In this document: positions 19,366 to 29,173 of the stretch, piece after piece
Layout of the letters: each line of letters opens with the position of its first letter
Position numbering within the stretch: the first letter of the stretch is position 1
NCBI GenBank assembly: GCA_963716965.1
Contig: CAVQUZ010000001.1
Span: 524,061 to 588,060, forward strand
Direction of reading: 5' to 3'
Source of the DNA: an uncultured Actinomycetota bacterium
Lineage (GTDB): Bacteria > Actinomycetota > Actinomycetes > Actinomycetales > Microbacteriaceae
Length of the DNA stretch: 64,000 nucleotides
The notes under the pieces: generated by a model
Databases searched by the model: none
The model's input: only the letters and a program-made list of their open reading frames with translations
What the model was told of the DNA's origin: nothing
Translations under genes and position numbers: made by a program

Positions 19366-20138
19366 CCGACGACGAGCAGGCCGCCGCCGCCGCCGGGAGC
19401 GGCGCCTACGCGCTGAACGCGATGTCCGCGACCGAGCGCACCGCGTACGAGCGGCTCATCGCGGAGTCCGAGGACCTGCGCGCCGAGACCACCGGGCTCA
19501 CCGACACCGCTGCCGAACTGGGGCTCGCCCTGACGCCGGTCGCGCCGCCCGCATCGCTGCGCGGACGGCTCCTCGACCTCATCGACGGGCAGGACTCCGA
19601 CGAGAGGACACCCGAGGCGCAGCCCGCACCCCGGATCGCGACCCGGTCGCTCGCGATGCCGGCGGGCGAGCACCTGGTCCCGCGCCGACGTGCCCGCCGG
19701 CCACGGCGTGGCGTCATCGCGCTGCTGGTCGCAGCGGTGGTGGCGATCGGCGTGATCGGCGTCGGCGTGCCCATCGCGCAGCAGGCCGCGCAGGTCGCGG
19801 TGCAGGCGTCCGCCGTCGCGCGCATCCGTGCCGCGGCCGACGCGCAGCAGTCCACCGCGCACCTCACGAACGGCGGTGCCATGACGGTCGTCTGGTCGCG
19901 TTCACTCGGTGAAGCCGCCGTGGACCTCACGCGCGCTCCGTCGCCTGCGGCCGGCCGCACCTACGAGCTCTGGTACATCGGCCCGTCGGGGATCCGCGCG
20001 GCCGGCACCACCGATGGTGCCGCCGTCGCCCTCACCGGCCGGCTGAGCCGGGGCGACCGGATCGGCATCACGGTCGAACCCGACGGGGGCGTCGTGCGAC
20101 CGACCTCGGCGCCCATCGGGCTCGTCGACCCGGTCTGA
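19362..20138 (+). CDS. rskA: Anti-sigma-K factor RskA (single-TM anti-sigma)
   Basis: ATGA overlap with sigK. It has an N-terminal anti-sigma domain (YALNAMSATERTAYERLIAESEDLRAE), a central TM (VIALLVAAVVAIGVIGV) and a C-terminal RskA periplasmic domain (TYELWYIGPSG). Confidence 0.8.
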   Translation: MTDDEQAAAAAGSGAYALNAMSATERTAYERLIAESEDLRAETTGLTDTAAELGLALTPVAPPASLRGRLLDLIDGQDSDERTPEAQPAPRIATRSLAMPAGEHLVPRRRARRPRRGVIALLVAAVVAIGVIGVGVPIAQQAAQVAVQASAVARIRAAADAQQSTAHLTNGGAMTVVWSRSLGEAAVDLTRAPSPAAGRTYELWYIGPSGIRAAGTTDGAAVALTGRLSRGDRIGITVEPDGGVVRPTSAPIGLVDPV

Positions 20139-20143
20139 GCGGC

Positions 20144-21091
20144 CTACCAGTCCTCGTCCTCGCCGATCGCGTCGATCTCGTCGAGGATCCGCGCGAGGGT
20201 GAGCGCGTGGGCGGTGAGCCGCTCCTGCGCGGGCGTGGAGGGCACGAGTTCCGGGATCCGGGTGGCCGGATCGACCGGGACGAGCGAGATGAGACCCCGG
20301 ATCGCCGGCATCGGCGCTCCGGCGTCGTTCGTCCGCACCTCGACCGCCACGTGGACCGTGCCGCTCCCGGTCGCCGCCACCCGTGACTCGACGTCCACCG
20401 GGGCCTGCGGCCGGAACTCGCGGGCGAGTTGGGTGCCGATCGCCTGCGTGGCCCGCATCGGCGCGCCCGTGAGCACCGAGCCCGCCGCGAGCGCGCCGTC
20501 GTGGATCCACCGCAGCAGCCGCCCGCCGGCGACCGCGCGGTCCGAGGTCAGGTCCTCCGAGGTCACGAGATGCGCGTGCACGCCCCCTGCGGCGTCGACG
20601 GGCAGCGGATCGGCGTTCCGGAGTGCCGCCCGGACCGCCGAGCGCGCCTCCGCCCTGCGACCGGCGCGGTCACCGAGTTCGAGGTTGGCGATGCTGCTCG
20701 GCTCCCAGGCCGGGACCTCGGCCGGATCGCCGGCCGCATCGGTCGCGACGTAGATCAGGAAACACGTCGCGATGGCGGGCGCAAGGCCGTCGGCCGCCCC
20801 ACTCGCGATGCGGATCAGCACCTGCACGGTGGTCCGGCCGGTCTGGACCACTCGCGCTTCGGCGTCGACCCATTCGCCCTCGACGGGTCGGAGGAACCGG
20901 ATCTCGCCGACGTGCACGAGCAGGCACGGCAGCCCGGCCCACGCGGTCGCGCAGGCGCGGCCGATGCGGTCGGCCCACTCGAGCACGGTGCCCGGCTCGA
21001 CCGGTGAGCCCGACGCGTCGCTCGCCCGGAAACGACGGGTGACACGATCGCGGGCGGCGTGGGGCTCGGCGTCGAACGAGGTGATGGGCAT
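20144..21091 (-). CDS. Acyl-CoA thioesterase with tandem hotdog domains
   Basis: 315 aa with two repeated 4HBT-like halves (RFLRPVEGEWVDAEARVVQTGRTTVQVLIRI and HAHLVTSEDLTSDRAVAGGRLLRWIHDGA). Confidence 0.7.
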   Translation of the reverse strand: MPITSFDAEPHAARDRVTRRFRASDASGSPVEPGTVLEWADRIGRACATAWAGLPCLLVHVGEIRFLRPVEGEWVDAEARVVQTGRTTVQVLIRIASGAADGLAPAIATCFLIYVATDAAGDPAEVPAWEPSSIANLELGDRAGRRAEARSAVRAALRNADPLPVDAAGGVHAHLVTSEDLTSDRAVAGGRLLRWIHDGALAAGSVLTGAPMRATQAIGTQLAREFRPQAPVDVESRVAATGSGTVHVAVEVRTNDAGAPMPAIRGLISLVPVDPATRIPELVPSTPAQERLTAHALTLARILDEIDAIGEDEDW

Positions 21092-21151
21092 CGACTCCAG
21101 CTTGCCAGGCTCCGGGTCAAGCTGGATGACACCTGAGCAATCAGTGACGGA

Positions 21152-21586
21152 TCATGAACCGGCGCTCAGTCTGCCGATCTCGGCGCGGGCCGCCTGCACG
21201 AGTTCGTCGTTCGTGTGCGCGTGGCCCCAAAGACCCCAGCCGCCCGGCGTCGCCTCGGTGAGCAGCACCCAGGTGCGCTCCGTGAGCGTCGGGTCGCCTG
21301 CGGCATCGGCGACGATCGTGGTGAGCCGCTCGACGAGCGTGACCTGCTTGTCCCGGTCGAGGGCACCGGCGTTGGTCAAAACCTGCACTCGGACGTGCCC
21401 GCCGGCCCCGTTCACGTCCGCGACGGCACCGGCGGGCAGCTCGTGCACGAAGCCGGCGGTGTTGGACCGGAACATCGGGATGTCGGGGACCTGCTCGACG
21501 GCCATGACGGCGGCCGCGACCTCCTGCGCGAGCGCGTGCGGGTCGGGGAATGTGCCGGCGGTCGCGTAGACGTCGATCATGGGCAT
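21152..21586 (-). CDS. Tautomerase-family protein (Pro1 enzyme, Tautomerase_2-like)
   Basis: The N-terminal MPMIDVYATAG has the catalytic Pro1 after Met removal, in a 144-aa protein of typical size for this family. Confidence 0.7.
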   Translation of the reverse strand: MPMIDVYATAGTFPDPHALAQEVAAAVMAVEQVPDIPMFRSNTAGFVHELPAGAVADVNGAGGHVRVQVLTNAGALDRDKQVTLVERLTTIVADAAGDPTLTERTWVLLTEATPGGWGLWGHAHTNDELVQAARAEIGRLSAGS

Positions 21587-21706
21587 GGCGGTGCTCCCTC
21601 GGATTCGGGCGTGACTATGACGATCAGCATAGTCACGAGATCCGCCCCGAGGCGCGACTCCTGAGCGAGCCGGCCGATTGTCGCCGAGCGCGGCCGATTG
21701 GCCTGG

Positions 21707-23149
21707 TCAGAGCATCGGGGTGAACGCCTGCTCGCGGGTGAGCGCCGTGGTGCGGATGCGGAGCCACGCCCGTTCGAGCAGGTCGATCGCCGCGAGTGCG
21801 CTCGGCGCTTCGGCGGTGATGGGGATCCGAAGGAAGCGCTCGAACGAGCCGTCGACGCCGAATCGCGGCCCCGCCGTGACCAGCAACTGCTCGCCGCGCG
21901 CTGCGACCGCGAGCGCGGAACTCACCGGCGCGCCCAGCTGCACCCACAGGCAGAGCCCGCCGGCGGGCCGCGGTACCTGCCACTCGGGCATGGACGTGTG
22001 CAGCCGGTCGATGACCGCGTCCCTCGTGCGCCCGAGCATCCGTCCGCGGAAGGCGAGCAGTTCGGCCATGTCGGGCAGCACCTCGGCGACGACCAATTGC
22101 TCGACGACCGGGGTGCCGAGATCGCTCGCCGGCCGGCGAGCGGCGATGTCCTCGATGATCGCACTGCTCGCCCGGATCCAGCCGATGCGCAGCCCGTGCC
22201 AGATCGTCTTGCTGGCCGAGCCGATCGTCACGACAGTCGCGTCGGTGTGCGCGGCGAGCGCGGCCATCGGGGTCCGCGGCTCCCCGTCGATCAGCATCTC
22301 GGCGGTCGTCTCATCGACGATGAGCACGGTCCCGCTCCGCGCCGCAGCAGCGATGATGCGGCGCCGGTCGGCGTCGGGCATCGACGAGCCGGTGGGGTTG
22401 TGGAAGTCGGGCACGAGCATGGCCAGCGCGGGGCGGGCGGTCAGCAGCACGCGCTCCCAGGCGTCGATGTCGACACGCAGGTCGGGCATCGCGATCGGGA
22501 TGACCCGCGCACCCGCGTCCCGGAAGGCGTCGAGCGCATGCGGATAGCTCGGCACGTCGACCGCGACGCGGTCGCCACGGTGCAGGAGGGTTCGCAGGAT
22601 GAGGCCGATCGCGTGCTGCGCGCCGACCGTGACGAGCAGTTGCTCCGGCGTCGTCGGCAGCCCGCGCGCGGTGTACCGGTCGGCGAGGCGCGCACGCAGC
22701 AGCGGCAGGCCGGTGAAGTCGATGCCGTGCGTCGCGAGGAGCTGCGGCACGCGCTCGATCGCAGCCGCGAAGTAGCCGGGGAGCGCCTCCCAGCCCCCGG
22801 GGGTGGCCTTCGAGAGGTCCGCGACCGCGACCGCGGGCCGCTCCATCGCGGCGCCGGGCGCGGTCGCCGTGACGACGCTGCCCGAACCGCGCAGGCTGCG
22901 GACCACGCCGCGATCGCGCAGGGCGGCGTACGCCGCCGTCACCGTGGCGCGGCTGTGGCCGAGTGTCGCGGCGAGTTCCCGCTCCGCGGGGAGTCGGGTC
23001 CCTGTCACCATTCGGCCGTCCTGCACCAGCAGCTGGATCCGGTCCGCGAGCGACTGGTAGGTGGGCGCGGTGCCGCGCCAGTCCCCGAGCATCCGCTGCA
23101 ACGCGGATGGGGCGACGGGCTGTCCGGTGGTGGGGTGCATGCGGTCCAC
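21707..23149 (-). CDS. MocR/GabR-type regulator (GntR HTH fused to an aminotransferase-like PLP domain)
   Basis: The N-terminal wHTH (YQSLADRIQLLVQDGRMVTGTRLPAERELAATLGHSRATVTAAYAALRDRGVV) is followed by a fold-type I aminotransferase domain with its PLP Lys (TIGSASKTIWHGLRIGW). Confidence 0.85.
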   Translation of the reverse strand: MDRMHPTTGQPVAPSALQRMLGDWRGTAPTYQSLADRIQLLVQDGRMVTGTRLPAERELAATLGHSRATVTAAYAALRDRGVVRSLRGSGSVVTATAPGAAMERPAVAVADLSKATPGGWEALPGYFAAAIERVPQLLATHGIDFTGLPLLRARLADRYTARGLPTTPEQLLVTVGAQHAIGLILRTLLHRGDRVAVDVPSYPHALDAFRDAGARVIPIAMPDLRVDIDAWERVLLTARPALAMLVPDFHNPTGSSMPDADRRRIIAAAARSGTVLIVDETTAEMLIDGEPRTPMAALAAHTDATVVTIGSASKTIWHGLRIGWIRASSAIIEDIAARRPASDLGTPVVEQLVVAEVLPDMAELLAFRGRMLGRTRDAVIDRLHTSMPEWQVPRPAGGLCLWVQLGAPVSSALAVAARGEQLLVTAGPRFGVDGSFERFLRIPITAEAPSALAAIDLLERAWLRIRTTALTREQAFTPML

Positions 23150-23202
23150 TCTTCACGTATTGGACCGTGAAAGCTACCCGGCTTTTCGATTGGCTTGCTT
23201 AT

Positions 23203-23388
23203 ATGCAGACCGATCTTCTCCTCACCACACCACTTCCCGTACTGCTCGGGCTCGCCGTGCTGGCCGTCGCCGGTGTCGTCGCGACGGTGCGCGCCATCGC
23301 TCGCGACGGGTACGGACGCACGCGACCGCCGCGCTCGCACGAGGCCGACGAATTCGCCGGCGGAATCGGGGCCGCCCGCGGCGAATAG
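23203..23388 (+). CDS. Small hypothetical TM peptide (61 aa), possible leader/upstream ORF of argG
   Basis: The ATG lies in the AT-richer divergent promoter region. It has a single hydrophobic helix (LPVLLGLAVLAVAGVVATV). Coding status is doubtful. Confidence 0.25.
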   Translation: MQTDLLLTTPLPVLLGLAVLAVAGVVATVRAIARDGYGRTRPPRSHEADEFAGGIGAARGE

Positions 23389-24819
<1,431 letters not shown>

Positions 24820-24830
24820 GCGCTACCACC

Positions 24831-24893
24831 CCTCGGCGGTCAGGGTTCGTGCTGCTGCGAGGTCCGCGTCAGCAGCACGAACCCTGACCGAGG
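24831..24893. terminator. Long GC-rich hairpin (stem about 23 bp) immediately 3' of argG
   Basis: cctcggcggtcagggttcgtgctgctg ... cagcagcacgaaccctgaccgagg is a near-perfect inverted repeat starting 12 nt after the argG stop. Confidence 0.6.
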
Positions 24894-24920
24894 GGACCCG
24901 GGAGGCTGTCCCCCTCCGTC

Positions 24921-24976
24921 GCGCGCTCAGTTCGCGCCGTCGGGGCGGGGTCTCCGACGGCACGAACTGAGCGCGC
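24921..24976. terminator. Second long hairpin (stem about 23 bp, one mismatch) 3' of the convergent pckG
   Basis: gcgcgctcagttcgcgccgtcgg ... ccgacggcacgaactgagcgcgc ends 11 nt before the pckG stop codon on the minus strand. Confidence 0.5.
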
Positions 24977-24986
24977 GGGGCCTCGG

Positions 24987-26840
24987 TCACTGCTCGAGCG
25001 CCAGCTCGACGCGGAGCCGCGCGAGCCGCGCGCGCATCGCGGCGGGCAGCCGGTCGCCGAACCGGGCGAACAGCTCCTCGATCTGGTCCGATTCCGCGAG
25101 CCACGCCGCCGGATCGACCGCGAGCAGCGCGTCGAGCGCGGCAGGGGACAGATCGAGTCCCGTGACGTCCAGGTCAGCGGGGACGGGCACCTGCCCGATC
25201 GGTGTCCGCACTGCCGCCGCACGGCCTTCGAGACGCTCGACGATCCACTCGAGCACCCGCACGTTGTCGCCGAAACCGGGCCACAGGTAGGTGCCGTCGG
25301 CGTCCTTGCGGAACCAGTTCACGCGGAAGACGTGCGGCGCGTTCGCGCCGAGCTGCTCGCCCATGCGCAGCCAGTGGCTCCAGTGGTCGGCCATGTTGTA
25401 GCCGCAGAACGGCAGCATCGCGAACGGGTCGAACCGCAGTTCGCCGACCGGACCTTCTGCCGCGGCCGTCTGCTCGCTGGCGATCGTCGCCCCCATGAAC
25501 ACGCCGTCGGTCCAGTCCTCGGCCTCGGCGACGAGCGGCACGTTCGTGGCCCTGCGGCCGCCGAAGATGATCGCGTCGACGGGGACGCCGTCGGGGCTCT
25601 CCCAGTCGCCCGCGATCGACGGGCACTGGGCGGCGGGTACCGTGAACCGCGAATTCGGATGCGCCGCCGGCCGGCCGCTGCCGCGGACCCAGGGGTCTCC
25701 ACGCCAGTCAGTGAGCCGTTCGGGTACCTGGTCGGTCATGCCCTCCCACCAGACGTCGCCGTCTTCGCGGAGCGCGACGTTCGTGAAGATCGTGTTGCCC
25801 CAGACGGTCTGCATGGCCGAGGGGTTGGTGCTCTCGCCCGTGCCGGGCGCGACGCCGAAGAAGCCGGCTTCGGGGTTGATGGCCCAGAGCCGGCCGTCGC
25901 GGCCCTGGCGCAGCCAGGCGATGTCGTCGCCCAGGGTCTCGACCGTCCAGCCGGGCAGCGTCGGCGTCAGCATGGCGAAGTTCGTCTTGCCGCACGCGGA
26001 GGGGAATGCGGCGGCCACGTGGTAGACGCGACCCTCGGGAGAGGTGACCTTGATGAGGAGCATGTGCTCCGCGAGCCAGCCCTCGTCGCGCGCCATCACC
26101 GACGCGATGCGCAGGGCGAAGCACTTCTTCGCCAGCAGTGCGTTGCCGCCGTACCCGGACCCGAACGACCAGATCTCGCGTGTCTCGGGGAAGTGGGCGA
26201 TGATCTTGGTCTCGTTGGACGGCCACGGCACATCCGCGCTCCGCACGCCGAACTCGTCGACGAGCGGGACGCCCACCGAATGCAGCGCGGGCACCCATTC
26301 GGTGTCCGTGCCGATCTGCGCGAGCGCCGCGGCCCCCATCCGCGTCATGATCGCCATCGACACGACGGCGTACGGGGAGTCGGTCAGCTGCACCCCGAGC
26401 TGGCTGATCGCACCGCCGACCGGACCCATCGAGAACGGCGCCACGTACATCGTTCGGCCGCGCATCACGCCGTCGAAGCGCTCCAGCAACTCCGTCCGCA
26501 TCGCGACGGGGGAGCGCCAGTTGTTCGTCGGTCCCGCATCGGCCTCCGTCTCGGAGCAGATGAAGGTGCGGTCCTCGACGCGAGCGACGTCCTCCGGGTC
26601 GCTGCGCGCCAGGAAGCTGTTCGGCCGCCATTCGTCGTTCAGGCGGATGAGCGACCCGTCGCGCTGCATCTGCCTCGTGAGTGCGTGCCATTCCGCGTCG
26701 CTGCCGTCGCACCAGACGACGGCGTCGGGCTTCGTGAGCATCGTGACCGAGTCGACCCAGGCGTCGAGTGCTTCACGGCCGATCGGGTTGATGATCGGGG
26801 ATCGTCCGGAGAGCGTGCGGGACGGGTGCAGCAACGACAT
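24987..26840 (-). CDS. pckG: Phosphoenolpyruvate carboxykinase (GTP)
   Basis: 617 aa with the GTP-PEPCK signature ([17 protein letters not shown] kinase-1a P-loop, GDDIAWL, FGGRRA) and the [18 protein letters not shown]-terminus. A GAGGAG RBS precedes the ATG. Confidence 0.95.
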   Translation of the reverse strand: MSLLHPSRTLSGRSPIINPIGREALDAWVDSVTMLTKPDAVVWCDGSDAEWHALTRQMQRDGSLIRLNDEWRPNSFLARSDPEDVARVEDRTFICSETEADAGPTNNWRSPVAMRTELLERFDGVMRGRTMYVAPFSMGPVGGAISQLGVQLTDSPYAVVSMAIMTRMGAAALAQIGTDTEWVPALHSVGVPLVDEFGVRSADVPWPSNETKIIAHFPETREIWSFGSGYGGNALLAKKCFALRIASVMARDEGWLAEHMLLIKVTSPEGRVYHVAAAFPSACGKTNFAMLTPTLPGWTVETLGDDIAWLRQGRDGRLWAINPEAGFFGVAPGTGESTNPSAMQTVWGNTIFTNVALREDGDVWWEGMTDQVPERLTDWRGDPWVRGSGRPAAHPNSRFTVPAAQCPSIAGDWESPDGVPVDAIIFGGRRATNVPLVAEAEDWTDGVFMGATIASEQTAAAEGPVGELRFDPFAMLPFCGYNMADHWSHWLRMGEQLGANAPHVFRVNWFRKDADGTYLWPGFGDNVRVLEWIVERLEGRAAAVRTPIGQVPVPADLDVTGLDLSPAALDALLAVDPAAWLAESDQIEELFARFGDRLPAAMRARLARLRVELALEQ

Positions 26841-26853
26841 CGAGACTCCTCGT

Positions 26854-26928
26854 AGAAAGTTCTGGCGTGTGCTCCACTCTGCGGCAAGAACTGCATCCGG
26901 AGTCGGGATGAGGACTGGAAAGTTTCGC
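26854..26928. promoter_or_regulatory. Three AAAGTT/AGAACT-containing motifs in the pckG / RamB-like divergent intergenic region; candidate RamB-type operator sites
   Basis: agaaagttct (26854-63), caagaactgca (26885-95) and ggaaagtttcg (26918-28) resemble the AAACTTTGCAAA-type sites bound by RamB homologues. The region is AT-richer than its flanks. Confidence 0.3.
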
Positions 26929-26951
26929 CGATCTTTCAGATAATCGAAGAT

Positions 26952-28367
26952 GTGGACTCACTTCTCATCGGCAGGCAACTCCGGCACCGCCGCAAGGCCG
27001 CCGGACTGACGCTCGACGAGGTGAGTGAGCGCAGCGGCCTGGCGCCGAGCCAGCTGTCGCAGTTCGAGAACGGCCGTCGCGAACCTCGCCTCTCGCAGCT
27101 GACGACCCTGGCGCAGGTGCTCGACGTGCCGCTGGTCGACCTGCTCGAAGCCGAACCCCCGGACGAGCGGAGTGCCCTGGAGATCGAGCTCGAGCGCGCG
27201 CAGGGGTCGCCGGCCTACCGTGCGCTCGCGCTGCCGCACGTGCCGCCGAGTCGTTCGCTGCCGATCGAGACCCTGCGCGCGCTCGTCGGTCTGCACCGGG
27301 AGTTGCATCGTCGCGCGAGCGAGGCGATCGCGACGCCGGAGGAGGCGCGGCGGGCGAACACCGAGCAGCGGCATGTGATGCGGGAGCGGGACAACCACCT
27401 TCCCGACCTCGAGGCGGCGGCCGCGGGTCTGCTCGCCGTGGTCGACCACCGCGGGGGTGCGCTCACGCACCACAACGTCGGGCTGATGGCCAGGCATCTG
27501 GGGTTCGAGATCATCCACGTCGGGGATCTGCCGCATTCGACGAGGTCGGTGACGGATCTCGAGCACGGCCGCATCTACCTGCCACCCGCATCCATCCCCG
27601 GCGGTCACGGACTGCGCGCGCTGGCGCTGCAGGCGATGGCGCACCGGGTCCTCGGGCACCGTGAGCCGTCGTCGTACGCCGAGTTCCTGAAGCAGCGCCT
27701 CGAGATCAACTACTTCGCGGCCGCCTGCCTGATGCCGGAGCAGGCATCGGTCGACTACCTCCTGGCCGCCAAGCAGCGCACGGACCTCGCGGTCGAGGAC
27801 TTCCGCGACGCCTTCGGCGTGACCCACGAAGCGGCCGCCCTGCGGCTGACCAACCTCGCCACCCGGCACCTCGGGCTGCACGTCCACTTCCTGCGCGTCG
27901 GCGGGGACGGTGCCATCTACAAGGCCTACGAGAACGACGGGCTGCCGCTGCCGACCGACGTGTCGGGCTCGGTCGAAGGCCAGCCCGTGCATCGGGCCTG
28001 GGCCGCCAGGGCCGCGTTCGAGCGCACGAACCGGACCACGGAGTACTACCAGATCACCGATACCCCGGCCGGGACGTTCTGGTGCTCGACCCAGACCGGC
28101 ACGTCGGCGACCGACGAATTCTCGATCACGGTCGGCGTGCGGTTCGCGGATTCGAAGTGGTTCCGCGGCCGCGAGACGACCGTCAGGCGCGATGCGGCGA
28201 CCCCGTCCCGACCCCCTGCGGACGCCTCACTGGCGGCGCACTGGCGGGGCAAGGCGTGGCCGTCGGCGAAGCTGCACGCGCACATCCTGTCGCCGCTGCC
28301 CACGGGCACCTTCCCCGGCGTGGACGACGCTGAGCTGTACCGATTCCTCGACACCCACGCCGACTGA
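26952..28367 (+). CDS. XRE-family HTH regulator with DUF2083/ImmA-like C-terminal domain (RamB/ScfR-like)
   Basis: The N-terminal Cro/C1 HTH ([56 protein letters not shown]) is followed by a metallopeptidase-like HExxH-containing region (AMAHRVLGH). 471 aa, matching the RamB (Rv0465c-type) architecture. Confidence 0.85.
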   Translation: MDSLLIGRQLRHRRKAAGLTLDEVSERSGLAPSQLSQFENGRREPRLSQLTTLAQVLDVPLVDLLEAEPPDERSALEIELERAQGSPAYRALALPHVPPSRSLPIETLRALVGLHRELHRRASEAIATPEEARRANTEQRHVMRERDNHLPDLEAAAAGLLAVVDHRGGALTHHNVGLMARHLGFEIIHVGDLPHSTRSVTDLEHGRIYLPPASIPGGHGLRALALQAMAHRVLGHREPSSYAEFLKQRLEINYFAAACLMPEQASVDYLLAAKQRTDLAVEDFRDAFGVTHEAAALRLTNLATRHLGLHVHFLRVGGDGAIYKAYENDGLPLPTDVSGSVEGQPVHRAWAARAAFERTNRTTEYYQITDTPAGTFWCSTQTGTSATDEFSITVGVRFADSKWFRGRETTVRRDAATPSRPPADASLAAHWRGKAWPSAKLHAHILSPLPTGTFPGVDDAELYRFLDTHAD

Positions 28368-28492
28368 TCACACCCCGCCCGACAGCATCACACCCCGCCG
28401 AGCAGGCGAGCACCTCAGCAGGACGCACGCGCGTGAGCAGGACGATGGCGCACATGCGTCCTGCTGAAGCGCGTGGGTCCTGCTGACGCGAG

Positions 28493-29074
28493 CTAGGCTC
28501 CGGCGCGCGGCTCGCCGTCGGTCACGAGCGCGCACATCGCGAGCACGCCGCGCCACAGCCGCTCGGCGAGGTCGTCGTCCTCGACCGGCCTGTCCTCCTC
28601 GATCAACTCCGCCAGCGCGGTGATCACCAGCGCCACCGCGCCGTAGGCGCGAGGCTTCGGCAGGCGGGCGGTCGCGATCTGACCGAGTTGCGCCCGGAAC
28701 TCGGACAGCCACCGGAACAGTTCGGGCTTGATCTCGGGGCGAACGATCACGAGTTCGTGGATGGCGATGCGCGCATCCGTGTAGCCGCTCGTCGTGCCGA
28801 TCACCTCGGCGACGAGTCGGCACAGCCGACGGACGACGTTCTCGTCGGACGGCGCGAGGAACGCAGCCCGATGCTCGTCGGTGATGGTGAGCTCGGGCAG
28901 ACCGAGCGCCGCCATGGCCTTGGACGGGAAGTAGTTGAAGAACGTCCGCGGCGAGACGACCGCCTGCGTGCAGATGTCCTCCACCGTGACCGCCTGCAGC
29001 CCCGACGCGAGCACGAGCCGTCTCGCGGCGAGATGGAGCGCCGATCTGGTCTGTTGCTTCTTGCGTCGCGCCAC
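28493..29074 (-). CDS. TetR/AcrR family transcriptional regulator
   Basis: 193 aa with an N-terminal HTH (GLQAVTVEDICTQAVVSPRTFFNYFPSKAMA). Confidence 0.85.
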   Translation of the reverse strand: MARRKKQQTRSALHLAARRLVLASGLQAVTVEDICTQAVVSPRTFFNYFPSKAMAALGLPELTITDEHRAAFLAPSDENVVRRLCRLVAEVIGTTSGYTDARIAIHELVIVRPEIKPELFRWLSEFRAQLGQIATARLPKPRAYGAVALVITALAELIEEDRPVEDDDLAERLWRGVLAMCALVTDGEPRAGA

Positions 29075-29173
29075 CCGATCGTGCGGGTGTCGAACGCCGG
29101 TTCGTGCAGTGTCTCGGTCATCAGCTGATCCGCCCTCGCGGTGCGGGGACGGATCCCCGCACCGCGTCGCCGG

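Noticed and set aside
21698-23170. 490-aa plus-strand ORF and other ORFs antisense to the MocR regulator, and 25332-26855 antisense to pckG
   Set aside because: They are antisense to genes with strong homology support and have compositionally biased translation.
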